A stretch of DNA of 64,000 nt from Eledone cirrhosa (GCA_964016885.1 OZ024752.1:26536001-26600000); one strand, 5' to 3'; shown: positions 26,151 to 40,171, numbered from the stretch's first letter. A program made the numbers and translations. Notes: generated from the sequence alone by a model not told the origin.

Positions 26151-29087
26151 TAATAAAATATTGAATAAACAAAGAAACAGTTCCTTATATTAAAAAATTC
26201 ATCATTTTACGATCGTTTCTAGGATATATATGTGTTAGAGTTGGTATGCATATTCTATAGATCTATGTACAATATTTATACAAACTATCAGAGGGAATAT
26301 ACATACCTACACATATATATGCTGTCGTCAGAAATAATGATATTTGTTTATTGAAAAAAACAAAGATTCAATACAATAGGTCTGTTTGGGAACAGGTTTT
26401 GAATTGACCAATATAGAGATAGTGAGGGTCAAGATAGTAATATAGTAGTAGAAGAACCTTAAATTATGGGTAGAGGAAGGTAGATTTCAGTTTTGGATGG
26501 AAAAGAATATTATGAATGAAAGATTATTTTAGGGAAGAAAATAGGTCGTATGCTGCCTTAGAAATAATTTTATTTGTTCATTGAATAAAACCAACAACGA
26601 TCTAATATATTCTGTCTGTTTGGTAAGAGGTTTAGAATTAACCAATAGAGAAGTTAATAATTGGCCAAATGGTAAAATAGTAGTAATTGAAGCTTATTTT
26701 AGGGGTGAAAATAGGTCAGGTCAGTAAAAGTTATACAAACAGTTGCTGTTAAAAATAGTAATGCCAATGCAAATATCTAAGGAGACTAAAGTTTTACGAT
26801 AAGAGTGTTAGTGAAAAAATACATCTATGAAAAGAATATAAATTAATTTAATTGATGGGTATATTTATATTGATAAAATTATACTAATACATATAGATAT
26901 GATAAATCTAACTTTAACTCTAATCCTTCTATAAGGCTTATATACCCTTCCAAATCTGATATTGGAATCATTAGTAAAAGAATTTTAGATAGAGTCATCC
27001 CACAACTAAGAAAAACATGTTAATTTACCACTCTGGGAAAACACATCCCAGGTAATTAACTGGTTTAATAATATTAGAAATAAATCCTCTGCTTCATTTC
27101 TACAATTTGATATAGATAATTATTATTATTCTATATCACCTATACTCCTGAACAAAGCCTTGATATTTGCTAAAAATAGATCTAACTTAACTTTGGATGA
27201 CATTAATATTATTACACATGCTAGACTAACACTATTGGAATTTCAGAATGAATACTGGACCAGAAACACATATAGTAATCTATTCGATATTACTATGGGC
27301 TCAAGCGATTCTGCCCAAATTACTGATCTTGTGGGCCTCTTTCTTCTTTTTAACATAAATGATTCCTTTCCCCACCTTAAAGGTGGTTTATATCGTGACG
27401 ACTGTCTTCTTCTTTCCAATAACCTTAGCCTCCCAGAGATAGAAAAAATAAAAAGCTTATTAGAACTTTCCTTAAAGACTATTATAGTCTAGATATTACA
27501 TTTGAAAACACAAGTAAAGTAGTTAATTTCCTAGATATAACATTAGACTTATCTACGGGTATCTACCAACCTTACCATAAACCCAACCAACATTTACACT
27601 ACATACACTCACAATCTAATCACCCTAAATCTATCCTTAAAAACCTTGCATATAATATATCACTTAGAATTTCTAACCTTTCGTCTAACCAAGATGTATT
27701 TGATAAAAATGCGACCTTTTAGATAGAGTGGCCACAAAAATAAATTAGTATATATACCTTCTACCAATAACACTACAAACATACAACCTAATATTACCAA
27801 CAAACACCAAATGAAACATACACACCTAAATGCCACTCACACTATACCCCAAAACACCAACATAAAACCAAATTTCTCTAACTCTTTTAATATACAATAT
27901 AGTAACTCTCAAAAAACTACTCATCCTACAACTCTAATAAATGTTAATAATAAAACTCCTAATAAACAAGCTAAAACACCTAAATCAATAAATCTAACTA
28001 AAAATGTGTGTGGTGAGGTCATTAACAATAATTCTCTTAATAAACATCAGGATGCATCCTATAAAAACAATAAACAACATCGAAACCGTAATAGACGAGT
28101 TACTTGGTATAATGCTCCATTTAATTTACAAATTAAGGATAATATACCTAAAAAATTCTTTAATATCCTAGAGAAAAACTTCCCGCCAAACCACAAATAC
28201 CATCAAATTTTAAATAGATCAACGGTTAAATTCTCCTACTCAACAACCAAAAACATAAAACAAATTATAAGTGCCTATAATGCATATAAATGTAAAAAAA
28301 CCATGAGTATACCACCAGTACATCAAACTAACCATAATATCTCCTCAGATACAGGGTTCACGAAAAGTTGTAACTGTAGAAACAAGGCAAACTGTCCATT
28401 AAAAGGAAATTGCCTTGTTAATAAAATAAATGTAAAGTTAACACTAAGGGCTCAATTTATTCATATATAGGAGCTACCTCTAACAAATTTAAGGTAAGAT
28501 TTAATACCCACAAACATAGTTTTAAAAATGCCGCACTAGCTAATACAACATCTCTAGCTGAAATAATTAATAGTTATAGAAAGAGGAATATAGATTATGA
28601 CCCGACCTGGAGTGTGCTCAAAAGGGCCACCCCTTATCAAAATAGTAGGTATGAATGTAGATTATGTTCCCAAGAACTTTTTGAAATAATGAAATCTAAG
28701 GATATCCTATTAAATAAGCGACAGGAATTAATAATATCGTGTAATCATAAACTGAGAAAAACCTTTAAATATTATAAACCTAATTAATATACACTTTAGA
28801 AATTAATATATAAACTGTTTTTAATTTAGTTAACCTATAATTAATATTCTACTACTGATGAACTACAAAATTTTACTTTCCTTCTTACAACTATCATTTC
28901 CTAAAACTGATACCATTAAGTAAACATATATAATGCTTTAACTTCAGGTTATGACTCTATGTTCCTTGAAATCTATATATATTTATTATTTCTCACTAAT
29001 AAATATAATCCCCCCCCCCAATAATTATATGTATATGTAGGTATATATGTGTGTGTATATATATATGTATGTATGTATATATATGTG

Positions 29088-29123
<36 letters not shown>

Positions 29124-29151
29124 TGTGTGTATATATGTGTGTGTGTATGTG

Positions 29152-29182
<31 letters not shown>

Positions 29183-30010
29183 TATTTTTATATTCTTTTA
29201 ATTTCCCCTCATCTTTAACAGCACTTTTCAACTACATCTAACTCTTACTTATCATATCTATATGTATTAGTATAATTTTATCAATATAAATATGCCCATC
29301 AATTAAATTAATTTATATTCTTTTCATAGATGTATTTTTTTCACTAACACTCTTATCGTAAAACTTTAGTCTCCTTAGATATTTGCATTGGCATTACTAT
29401 TTTTAACAGCAACTGTTTGTATACCTTTTACTGACCTGACCTATTTTCACCCCTAAAATAAGCTTCAATTACTACTATTTTACCATTTGGCCAATTATTA
29501 ACTTTCTATTGGTTAATTCTAAACCTCTTACCAAACAGACAGAATATATTAGATCTTTGTTGGTTTTATTCAATGAACAAATAAAATTATTTCTGAGGTC
29601 AGCATACGACCTATTTTCTTCCCTAAAATAATCTTTCATTCATAATATTCTTTTCCATCCAAAACTGAAATCTACCTTCCTCTACCCATAATTTAAGGTT
29701 CTTCTACTACTATATTACTATCTTGACCCTCACTATCTCTCTATTGGTCAATTCAAAACCTGTTCCCAAACAGACCTATTGTATTGAATCTTTGTTTTTT
29801 TCAATAAACAAATATCATTATTTCTGACGACAGCATATATATGTGTAGGTATGTATATCCCTCTGATAGTTTGTATAAATATTGTACATAGATCTATAGA
29901 ATATGCATACCAACTCTAACACATATATATCCTAGAAACGATCGTAAAATGATGAATTTTTTTAATATAAGGAACTGTCTCTTTGTTTATTCATTATTTT
30001 ATTAATTTAT
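26145..30010 (+). mobile_element. 5'-truncated PLE (RT + GIY-YIG) bracketed by ~760-bp inverted pLTRs
   Basis: Arms 26145-26905 and 29249-30010 are reverse complements. The interior encodes FDITMGSSDSAQITDLVG, GLYRDD, VTWYNAPF, CNCRNKANCPLKGNCL and YIGAT, with frameshifts. Confidence 0.93.
29816..29954 (+). ncRNA. Hammerhead ribozyme with ~100-nt stem II domain in the pLTR (mirror copy 26200-26339 minus)
   Basis: CAUUAUUU-CUGACGA-..AUAUAUAUGUGU..ACACAUAUAUAU..-GAAA-CGAUCG-UA^-AAAUGAUG. Confidence 0.7.
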
Positions 30011-30141
30011 CTTGACTCTGTTTTCCGTTTATTTTTCACCGAAAATAGTTTTTGAATGCATCTTCTCTTTTCATGATATCCGGATTACATTGAGTTCTTC
30101 ATACGGATTGGACAATACCGTAAATTTTTGGGAAATTTATC

Positions 30142-30202
<61 letters not shown>

Positions 30203-30669
30203 CCAAAAGTTAATAAGGTTCATTGATTACTCAATGAATATAGTTTTACAATAGATTAAAAGCACTCAACAAAGAAGTTTTCTGGATTTATTAATATTAT
30301 TCAAAATATTAATAAATGGAGACATTCACATAATCAAAATATATGTTTTATTTGATATATTTCGGAGGTACTGTGGTGATTTTTCAGTACGTCCTCATCA
30401 GATAAAATATATGAATTGATGTATAACATACCTCAACTGTGTTGATGGTTCAAAATTCAGTCTTGGCAGTCTATATATATATATATATATAGTAATAATA
30501 ATAAACGTGAAGACTATAATCCAAAGAGGGCTTGATAAGGATAAATATATATCAAATATATATATATATATATATATATGCAAAAGTTTTATTTAAAATT
30601 GTTGGGATACAACAAGTAAATATTTTATAACTGATATAAAGCACTCGACAAATTTTTGGAGTAGATATA

Positions 30670-31030
30670 CGATATTAAATAAATGGAAACTATATTTATA
30701 AAACCATATATATTTCATTATACATATTTCAGGGATACCAAATTAAAATATGGCATGCCTTCGTCAGATAAAATACAATATATAAACAGTAGTTTTATAA
30801 ATAATTTTGACGTACCCTATTAGAAGCGACCATTATTTTTGGAGGCTATCCAGACAGCCTCCAAAAATAATGGTCGCTTCTAATAGGGTACGTCAAAATT
30901 ATTTATAAAACTGTTTATATATTGTATTTTATCTGACGAAGGCATGCCATATTTTAATTTGGTATCCCTGAAATATGTATAATGAAATAAATATGGTTTT
31001 ATAAATATAGTTTCCATTTATTTAATATCG
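30670..31030. mobile_element. Fold-back pLTR-like element with a hammerhead in each arm (30925-30989 +; about 30713-30777 -)
   Basis: Arms of ~175 bp around GGAGGCT-ATCCAGAC-AGCCTCC. Motif UAUUUUAU-CUGACGA-AGGCAUGCCA..UGGUAUCCCU-GAAA-UAUGUA-UA^-AUGAAAUA. Confidence 0.8.
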
Positions 31031-31640
31031 TATATATATATATATATATATATATATCTGTTATTTTTATCTAAAGACATTTTTTCCAATTCCATCCCGC
31101 CCGTCCCCTCAAGTAGTTCCACAAGAGTTTGTACACCATACCGGCAATTTCGAGCACGCATGATCAAGTTGATTGAGGCATGACCTCAACGCTGACATTT
31201 CTCTTTGACGGAGAGGTAGTAGCACATTATAAGATTGCGCCCCCTCACAAGAGGGTCATAAGTAGACTTAATAATCAACACTTGAGGGCGGCCGACAGAA
31301 GTAGAATCTGCTATATGGTCGGTCGTCCACTTGTCTCTGATTTTCAGCCCCATGGATTTTATGTTATATTCCTTTGATATATTTTGAATACCTGATGATG
31401 TCACCGGATTCATACTGAACCCGGTCATTGAAATGATGATAGTATAATAAACCTTTCAAGGATTTACACCAGTCCAGCCTCCTGTTATTTTATAATAATT
31501 AACTCCATACTGGCACCACCAACTACACAAACGAAGACGGGTGAGTTGCATTACGTTGAGTGCTCTCCACAATATTACATCGAGGTTGACCATACGGAAT
31601 CACCAGTTCTATCCAGTGGTGAACCAAGAAACCTAAATAA

Positions 31641-31706
<66 letters not shown>

Positions 31707-31807
31707 TCGTATATAAATATATTGTTATTATTAAGGTGATAAACCGCCAGTGCTACACACACACACGTGCACACAAGTACAATATCATTTATTGAAGAGA
31801 AAGTTAC

Positions 31808-31992
31808 CTGCTATATGTGGTGGCGAATGCTTGAGTTTACTTGTAGCATGGCTCTTAAGGTGGGTTGTTTTTTTCAGTTGCAAACCGGTTCTCAATGCTT
31901 TCTTCAGTTTTCGAGGTGTTATTCGCGAATATACTAGAAAAAGCGAATGTTGAGCTAAGTAAGATCTAGAAGGAATAGATGCTAGCATAGCT
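31808..31992 (-). CDS. Putative linker exon of the ITIH-like gene (acceptor uncertain)
   Basis: Open frame ending ..KHSPPHIA with a G|GTAACT donor, phase-compatible with the 24813 exon. Two candidate phase-1 acceptors (near 31992 and 31935). Confidence 0.4.
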
Positions 31993-33018
31993 GCAGTCAA
32001 AAGACTAGAACAAGTAATAGGATAAAAAATTAAGTTACTTACTTAATGTTGGCATCATGACGCCTGATTGTTATTGAAATATGAAATAGAAATAAACATT
32101 TGTATAATTATCTTATTTCTTTTTGTGTAAGTTTACAAAATGGTAACGAATGAACATACCCCCACCCCCCCAATTTTAAGCAGAAATATCTTTGCTTCCT
32201 TCGATCTGGGTCAAAATACTCCTTCCCAAGGATAGTCAATTTTGCTATCGGGGCGGCGGAGTTGGCCGCTTGCAAATGCGAGCCCCGCCAGGTGGTGTGG
32301 CTGTTTCAATGCGTCTCCATCACCCTCCTCCAGGGCAATGCATTCTTTATCCTGTCTGCCGGGACCCAGAGGCGGAGGGCAATAGATTGCAACAATAAAA
32401 CTTTGAAGGGATTTCACCAGTCCGGCCTCCTGTCATTTTATTCAATAATAATTAAGTCTGCTCCCACACAACCAAGAGGATTCAACATCACATATGGATG
32501 AGTCACGTAACGTCGAATGCTTTTCCTACTATTTCATCATGGTTAACTATACGGATAGACTAGCTCTATCCAGTGGTGAACCACCGAACTTAAATGAATA
32601 TATATACAAGCACAATAACAACAAACACATATAAACACACACTAAGATAGAATACAATACCCAAAACACAGTCAGCCAAACGCGAACACACACCAAACAC
32701 TATACACACACGCAAACGCATGCGCAGAGAAGAAGACAAAAATAAATAAATAAATAAACAGATAAAATAAAAATGGCGTAGATACACAATACCTCAGGAG
32801 GAACCACTGATGATGTTGCAGATGTGCAAGGAAAGAACTTTGTTAGACTACATATATGTGTTTATATCTATATTATATCTGTATTTTTGACCGTTGGTCA
32901 GTCAATGGTAACATTGAGGACCGAATGAATTAACTGATATAAAAGATACAGAAGCGAAAACCACCCAAATAGTGAGTGTGTTTTGTTGTTATTTCTGGCA
33001 ATATTATTACAACAATAT

Positions 33019-33213
33019 AATGGCGGTGGATTGGCAGTATCGGTAGAGGGTCGGACGCCATGCTTTGACGTACAGAGTTACGGCCCTTGCCATTCTGAGT
33101 TCAATACCCGCCGAGGCTAACTTTGTCTTTCATCCTTACCGGGTCGATAAAATAAAGTACCAGCAATACACTGGTTAATTGCTGGCCTTGTGCCAAAAGT
33201 AGAAACAATTATT
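33019..33213 (+). mobile_element. Octopus-type tRNA-derived CORE-like SINE, apparently nested in a solo pLTR
   Basis: GGCGGTGGATTGGCAG head, GAGTTCAATACCC box B, core and GGCCTTGTGCCAAAAGTAGAAAC tail. The pLTR end (TCCCAAGTATAACAAT) resumes after it. Confidence 0.85.
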
Positions 33214-33236
33214 AGAACAATGATCCTCCCAAGTAT

Positions 33237-33314
<78 letters not shown>

Positions 33315-33445
33315 GGAGGGGGGGGGGAGATAGATGGAGAGAGAGAGAATACGGAAATACAAAGTAGTTAAAGTCCTTCATTGATACATGATACATATAT
33401 TTCGATGACGACAGTGGCTACGCGATTCTGCGTATTACCTAGTGC

Positions 33446-33513
<68 letters not shown>

Positions 33514-34442
33514 AAAATTAGAGTTAAAACTCAATTGGAACCCTGTAACTATTAAGCTCCAAGTATAAAAATACTGAGCTGATTAATATATATATATATT
33601 TATACTATATATATATATATTAAAATAACAGATTAAAGTTTAAGCAAAGAATCACTGCTTTCACCCTTAACGGGTTCTTCTGAAACTAAAAAAACAAAAA
33701 CAATCTGTGAACGCAGAAGTAAATATTTCAAAAAACGTTGCAACCGAAGGGAAACTGGAAGACGATACTTTGATTCGTGGAGACGTTTCCTGGCAATGAA
33801 CAGGAAAAAGCGAAGATAATACGTCGTTATGTGGATCGTTGAGAACAATTACACGCAAAGGCAAAACCACGTTTATGGTATAAATGGAGTTATTAGACTC
33901 ATATTCTACTTAGGAAACCGAATGATTCTCAGCTTCGGAGTTCAGAATAATGTAAATAAATTTGTTGCACGAAAATGACAGAGGTTAAAAGTAATAATAT
34001 TTAAGATTTATACAATTATATATATATATACATACACACATCTATATACGTACACACACGTCAATACGCAAAAATACGCGCCGTACGTACATATATATGC
34101 ACATACATATAAACACTCGCACGCGTACGTACGTAAACCGGTGCGACACATATACCCGCACACATACGAACGTATACACCAAATACACATATATATATAT
34201 ATGTGTATGTGTGTATACATATAATTATATATACATATATAAATATACACACATATATACATATATAAGACACGCATATACATACCTACACGTAAACACA
34301 CATATGTTCAACAAACGTACATATACCAAAACCCTATGTACACATATTGACAACATACATACGTGAAAACACACATACACACTCATACATACCCACATAT
34401 ACACATATACATACATATATGAGTAAATAAATAAATGCAAAC

Positions 34443-34473
<31 letters not shown>

Positions 34474-34611
34474 AAACTGGAACGGGAACAAAAATAGAGA
34501 GGCAGTACCAACAAAGGTTTATTAGTTTCACGCTCTTGAGAGTGTGTGTGTGTGTGGGGGGGGGGATATATATATATATATACATACACATATACACATA
34601 TACACACATAA

Positions 34612-34663
<52 letters not shown>

Positions 34664-34674
34664 ACATATATATA

Positions 34675-35065
34675 TATATTAATAAAAGGAATTCCAACTT
34701 TGTCTGATTTACTCGTTTTATTTACAATCCTTTAAAATTTATAATGGTATTAGAATGAAATAGTATGGTAGAATATTAAATGTTAAGTGTTAATTGAACA
34801 AGTACTTTCATGCTTTCGCAATCTTCAGGTTCATATTGTGTGGTCACAGTCAAGTTTGAAATTTTCAACTGTTGAAAATTGCAAACTTGACTGTCACCAC
34901 ACAATATGAACCTGGAGATTGCGAAAGCATGAAAGTACTTGTTCAATTAACACTTAACATTTAATATTCTACCATACTATTTCATTCTAATACCATTATA
35001 AATTTTAAAGGATTGTAAATAAAACGAGTAAATCAGACAAACTTGGAATTCGTTTTATTAATATA
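34675..35065. repeat. Near-perfect palindrome, ~195-bp arms with a 1-nt spacer at 34870
   Basis: ..AATTTTCAAC-T-GTTGAAAATT.. with few mismatches. Contains a hammerhead-like motif at 34795-34833 (minus). Confidence 0.92.
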
Positions 35066-35095
35066 ATCTTCTATACACAATCATACACACCCGTA

Positions 35096-35195
<100 letters not shown>

Positions 35196-35689
35196 CATAC
35201 ATATATATATATATATACATACATATACGTGCGCAAATATAAACATACATACACATACACATACACACATTCCCATACATCCAAACACACACACACATAT
35301 ATTTACACACATATATATATATATATACATGTATACACATATACATACATAAACATACACAAATACATATATACACACATACACATATACACACATATAC
35401 ACATACATATATACACGCACAAACACGAAATACACATATACAAATAGCCATATATATACACACATACACGTAAATATAATATACACCTTTAACATATACA
35501 CGCATATAACCGTCCGAAAAGGCATACGTACCTCCACAAACATACGGATAAGTTATACTTACCTATACAAATAAGTAATTGTATAAACATAGAATATACT
35601 TAGCTACCACATCAAGACGTAAATTATCCGCGTATTGTTCGTACTATCCGTTAGGGTTTAATGTGGGGCTGTAATACAGGAAAGTTTTA

Positions 35690-36036
35690 TGCAATTTGTG
35701 TTTACAAGCCGAAATTGCCTCAGATTTTTTGTTTAAGATGTGGTCATTGGCGTAGGGGTAATTCCAAGGCTTCAGTGGCGCAAAGATCGCATGGTCTTTT
35801 GTTTCCGTTATACGATCTAGCTTTAGCTGGGATCTCCCAGTGTAACCTATATTGGGTGCGGTTGTCTTTTAGACTCCAGATATAAGCTGAAAGTGACGTC
35901 ATACTCCTTCTTAAAGGGTTAAGAAAAGAATGGGTGTCCATGTAAAGAAGCTGCTTGAATCTATTGGCGGTTAACCGTATGTAGGCCCTACTAGGCGTGG
36001 GTGTGTCGACCTTACATTTGTAGACGATATTACTGT
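35690..36036 (-). mobile_element. PLE GIY-YIG endonuclease fragment
   Basis: NIVYKCKV..AYIRLTANRFKQ..LSAYIWSLKD..W..CDLCATE. Confidence 0.8.
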
Positions 36037-36749
36037 ATATATATAAGGCAAACAAAAATAAAGTAAACGACACAGTTCAATGAAAAAATGTGTCAGTTTT
36101 ACGCATGATATATTAGAAAAAGAGTCTTAACATTTCGGACGCTTGTACTTCATCAGAAAATAGAAGGAGAAATTAAGGAAGACAGAGAAAGATAGAGGAG
36201 AGTGAGCAGCGGCAGTAACGAAAATAAAAAAAAATATTTGAGAAAATAGGTCTATTCAACAGAAGTGTGTCTGTATATGTAGGTTCTTCAGTTTCTGTCT
36301 ATTAGCGTGTGAGAGTGTTAGGATGTGAATTGTATAAATTTAATTAGTTACAGAATAAATTGTAAGAAATACTCACCCATATCTAGATCTCCGATTGTAT
36401 GCAATAAATCAATGTCATCTGAAAAAGGCCACAACAAACAAACGCAGAAGTAAAAAAGAAGAATAGCGTTTAGTAACGTAGTGGCAATACACACACACAC
36501 ATAGACATACAGTTCACATGACACACACACACACCGCCCTCACACCACACCCTCGTCCCGTCACCCACCCATTTAATAATTCAACCACATTTGGACGTGC
36601 GTCTACATGTGAGAACACATATCTGAGGAGCTCCCGATTCCAGAGTCAGGATCGAACATTAATCCTCGAGCTGATCGACAGTGAAACATATGTAATATGT
36701 AATTAAATATGTAAATGATCCAATACTGATTCTTTCTTCCCTATGGATT

Positions 36750-37290
36750 TATGTCGAACACCTGTTGTCGCGTGTAGGACGGATGCGGCTATCAGATGAG
36801 TCCGATATGAGGATTGCGCCGCCGTCTCCCTTTAGCCAGGAAGGGCAGGCAGTTGTTATCTGCCTGGTGGCCATGGCGAAAGATGCCGTGTGGTGGACGC
36901 GTTTGAAAGGGCTTAAGACGAGCACTTACCTCTTCAGTGATGCCCTGATTAACTTTTTCAAATTTTATTTGAAAAGAAAAATCAGGTTAGAGAGGGAAGT
37001 GCTCTCTTCCCCGCAATTTGTTGAAAGATGGGTGAGAGATGCAAGCATGGCCCGAGTGAATGGGCCTGCTCTGAGTATGCGCCTGTAAATTGAAGGTGGA
37101 AAACTGGGAGAGGGCACTTGCCCTGGTGGTCAGTGTCACCGTGAATTTTTTTAATGGGCTTTCTCCACGAGTGTCCCTTGGAAGTCTCTCCCTTATTGGA
37201 GAATTTTCTTTTGTTTCTTTTTTTATTTCCTTTGTTTTTTCTTTACACGCAGAAACGCCCATTTGTACCGTCCTGTGGTGTCCTTAATGT
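36750..37290 (+). mobile_element. 3' end of an L1/Tx1-like LINE
   Basis: CLVAMAKDAVWWTR..LINFFKFYLKRKIRLE..FVERW resembles a Tx1 ORF2 C-terminus; no catalytic motif is retained. Confidence 0.5.
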
Positions 37291-37329
37291 TATACTTTAC
37301 GTCAACACTCGTGGTTAATAAAGAAAATA

Positions 37330-40087
37330 TTATTATTATTATCATTATCATTATTATTTTTATTTTCTTTCATTATTGTTTCTGAGATATATATATGCCG
37401 AGTGTCTTCCTGACACCTAGGGCAAATAAATTCAGTGTGCATTGGTAAGCCAGTTAATACAGCACATTGATTATAATAAAAAAAACAAAAAAACAGTATA
37501 CATATATACACATGTGCATATGCATATGTAAATACAAGGAGAGATATCAATCTTACAGAGACAGTGTTCTTCTCAATATGTATGCAGTACCAGTCAAAAT
37601 AATTTTTTGCATCTCGTGCAGAGAGGGTAAACCAGGAATCATATTGTTCTGTACCTTTCTTTATCATTCTCAGTCCTCCCTCAATCACTGGTATTGTAAC
37701 GGCCTTGAGGTGCCACATTTTCTCAATTTCAATAAACAGATCTTTATATTTTCGTAGCTTGTCAAATTCTTTTGCCGCGATATTGTAATCACATGGGATG
37801 CTCATATCTATCAACAAACAGACCTTGTTATGTTGATATTTTATAATGATGTCAGGTCTATTTGCTTTTATGGTCCTGTCAGTATATACAGGAAAGTCCC
37901 AGAGAATTGTTACTTTTTCTCCTTCAGTTACAGCCTCAGGGTGATGATTGTACCACTTGTCTTCAGCTTTGATTTTGTAATGCCGACATATTACCCAGTG
38001 TATATATTGGCCAACTCTGTTATGTCTATATTTGTATTCTACTGGTGCTAAAACTTTACATCCAGAGACTAAGTGATCCACTGTTTCAACCTCAGCATTG
38101 CAGAATCGGCGCTTTGGGTTTATTCTGTTTCTCATCACATTGGCCTGGTAATTACGAGTCAATAAGCTTTGATCTTGGGCAACTAAGGTGAAGCCTTCAC
38201 TCTCCGCCTTTAGCCCTGAACTGCGTAAGCCACTGATGGGTGTGATTTTGGTCAACATCAGCTTGTTTGCTACGGGCCACATATTTGCCATGCAGAGGTT
38301 TCTGCTCCGAATTTGATGCTAATTGTCCTTGCCCTTTTGCTTTTGCCAGTGATTTTATGTGCCTAGAAGCAACAGTTGCAACAGTTCCTTTAGTCTGTCC
38401 AGCCTGGGTATCAAGCATATTTGTTGCTCTCCTTCAAGATAGAATGAAGCTTCGTACTTCTCTCAAGCTTTTCAACACCTTTCAGCAGACAGTCGTTAGT
38501 TGTTTCAAGGTATTTGGCCAGTCCAATGGTGGTGGTCTTGTGAGCAAGTTCAAATTGGATCAGGCTACGGCCTCCTTGAGTTATAGGAAGGTAAAGACGA
38601 TCCACATCTGCTTTTGGGTGATGCATCCTATTACAAGTCAGTAGCTTACGGAGTTTGGTGTCGATTCTTTTGATTTCACTCATATTCCAGTTCAACACAC
38701 TGAAGCTATAAGTGGCAACTGGGACTGCCAAGGAATTTATGGCTAGCACCTTGTTACAAGCGTTTAGTTCTGATCTCAGAACTGCACGTACTCTCCTGTA
38801 ACATTCTTTCCTTATCCTCTCTTTCATACTTGCATGCTGTATGCCAGAGCCCTCATTAATCCCTAAGTATTTATAGGTTTGCTTCTGCTCAAGTTCCTTT
38901 ATGATTGTTTCAGCATCCAATTCAACTGAGTCTGAGTTGACAAGCTCCCCTTCTTGAAAGTGGCTTTTGCACACTTGTCAAGTCCAAGCTCCATCCTGAT
39001 GTCATCGCTAAACGTTTTTACTGTCCGCAAAAGGCCTTCCAGTTCGTCATTATCTTTGCAATATAGCTTCAAATCATCCATATAAAATAGGTGACTTATT
39101 TTTTTGTTGTCAATTCTATAATCGTACCCTGTTCTATTAAGTTCGGATGTAAGGGGTATTAAAGCTATGCAGAAAAGCAAGGGTGAAAGTGACTCATCCT
39201 GGAATATACCACACTTGATGTTTATATTCCTAGAGCACAGTACCCCAGTGGAATGAGACAATTGGAGATTTTTGTTCCATAATGACATATTGTGCTTCAG
39301 GAAGGTTGCGATCACAGGTAAGATTTTGAAGATGTCCAGTGATCTCAGAATCCATGAGTGTGGTATGCTGTCAAAGGCTTTTTTATAACCGATCCATGCA
39401 GAACTGACATTTCTGTGTTTATTATGACAATTCTCAAGGATCATACGATTAATCCCAAGTCGATTTTTGCAACCATATGAACCTCGTCGGCACCGTTTTT
39501 ATTCAATGAGGAAAAGATTGTTCTCCTCCAAAACCACGTATGCTTTTTCCATGAGAATAGAGGTTAATAGTTTCTAAGTGGTGGACAAGCAGGTTATGGG
39601 CCGATAGTTTTTTTTATCTTTGGTTTCGTTGTTCTTTGGTAGAAGGTAGTGCCACTTGTTATCCAATCAGGTGTATTTTTTGGATCTTTGATAATTCCAT
39701 TAAACAGCTGGACCAATATATTGTGAGTGCACAGGAGTGAGGAAAGCCAGAAATTTGGCACCCTGTCTCTATCAGGAGATTTCCATTTATGAGATTTATT
39801 GAGTGCTGTTCTTAAGTCCGCTATAGAGATGTCTTCCCACGCCTGCTCTTCTAAAATTGTGTAGGATTTTTTCAGGCGACTAATCCAATCTACATTATTA
39901 TTATGTCTTCGCATCACTCCAAATCTTACTCCAGAAGTATTCAACTTCTTCAATAATTATTTTTTTCTTCCCTACTTCTCTATAAAATGACTTGGCATTG
40001 GATGAGAACAACTTATTTTGCCTGTAGAAGTTGTTTCGCTTCTCGAATCTATGAATTTGTTGCGATTTTACTTGAACTTTTTGTTTC
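37330..40087 (-). mobile_element. R4/Dong-clade LINE (RT + CCHC + restriction-like endonuclease), 5' truncated and frameshifted
   Basis: WKSP..D.VPNFW, WIGYKKAFDSIPH, GIFQDESLSPLLF, HLFYMDDLKLY, YKYLGI, FC..ETVDHLVSGC, RHN, NRPDII, IDMSIP, K..KY.DL. The 3' end runs into (TAA)n. Confidence 0.93.

Positions 40088-40171
<84 letters not shown>

Noticed and set aside
26145-30010. DNA transposon with long terminal inverted repeats
   Set aside because: The interior encodes PLE RT and GIY-YIG rather than a transposase; the arms are inverted pLTRs.
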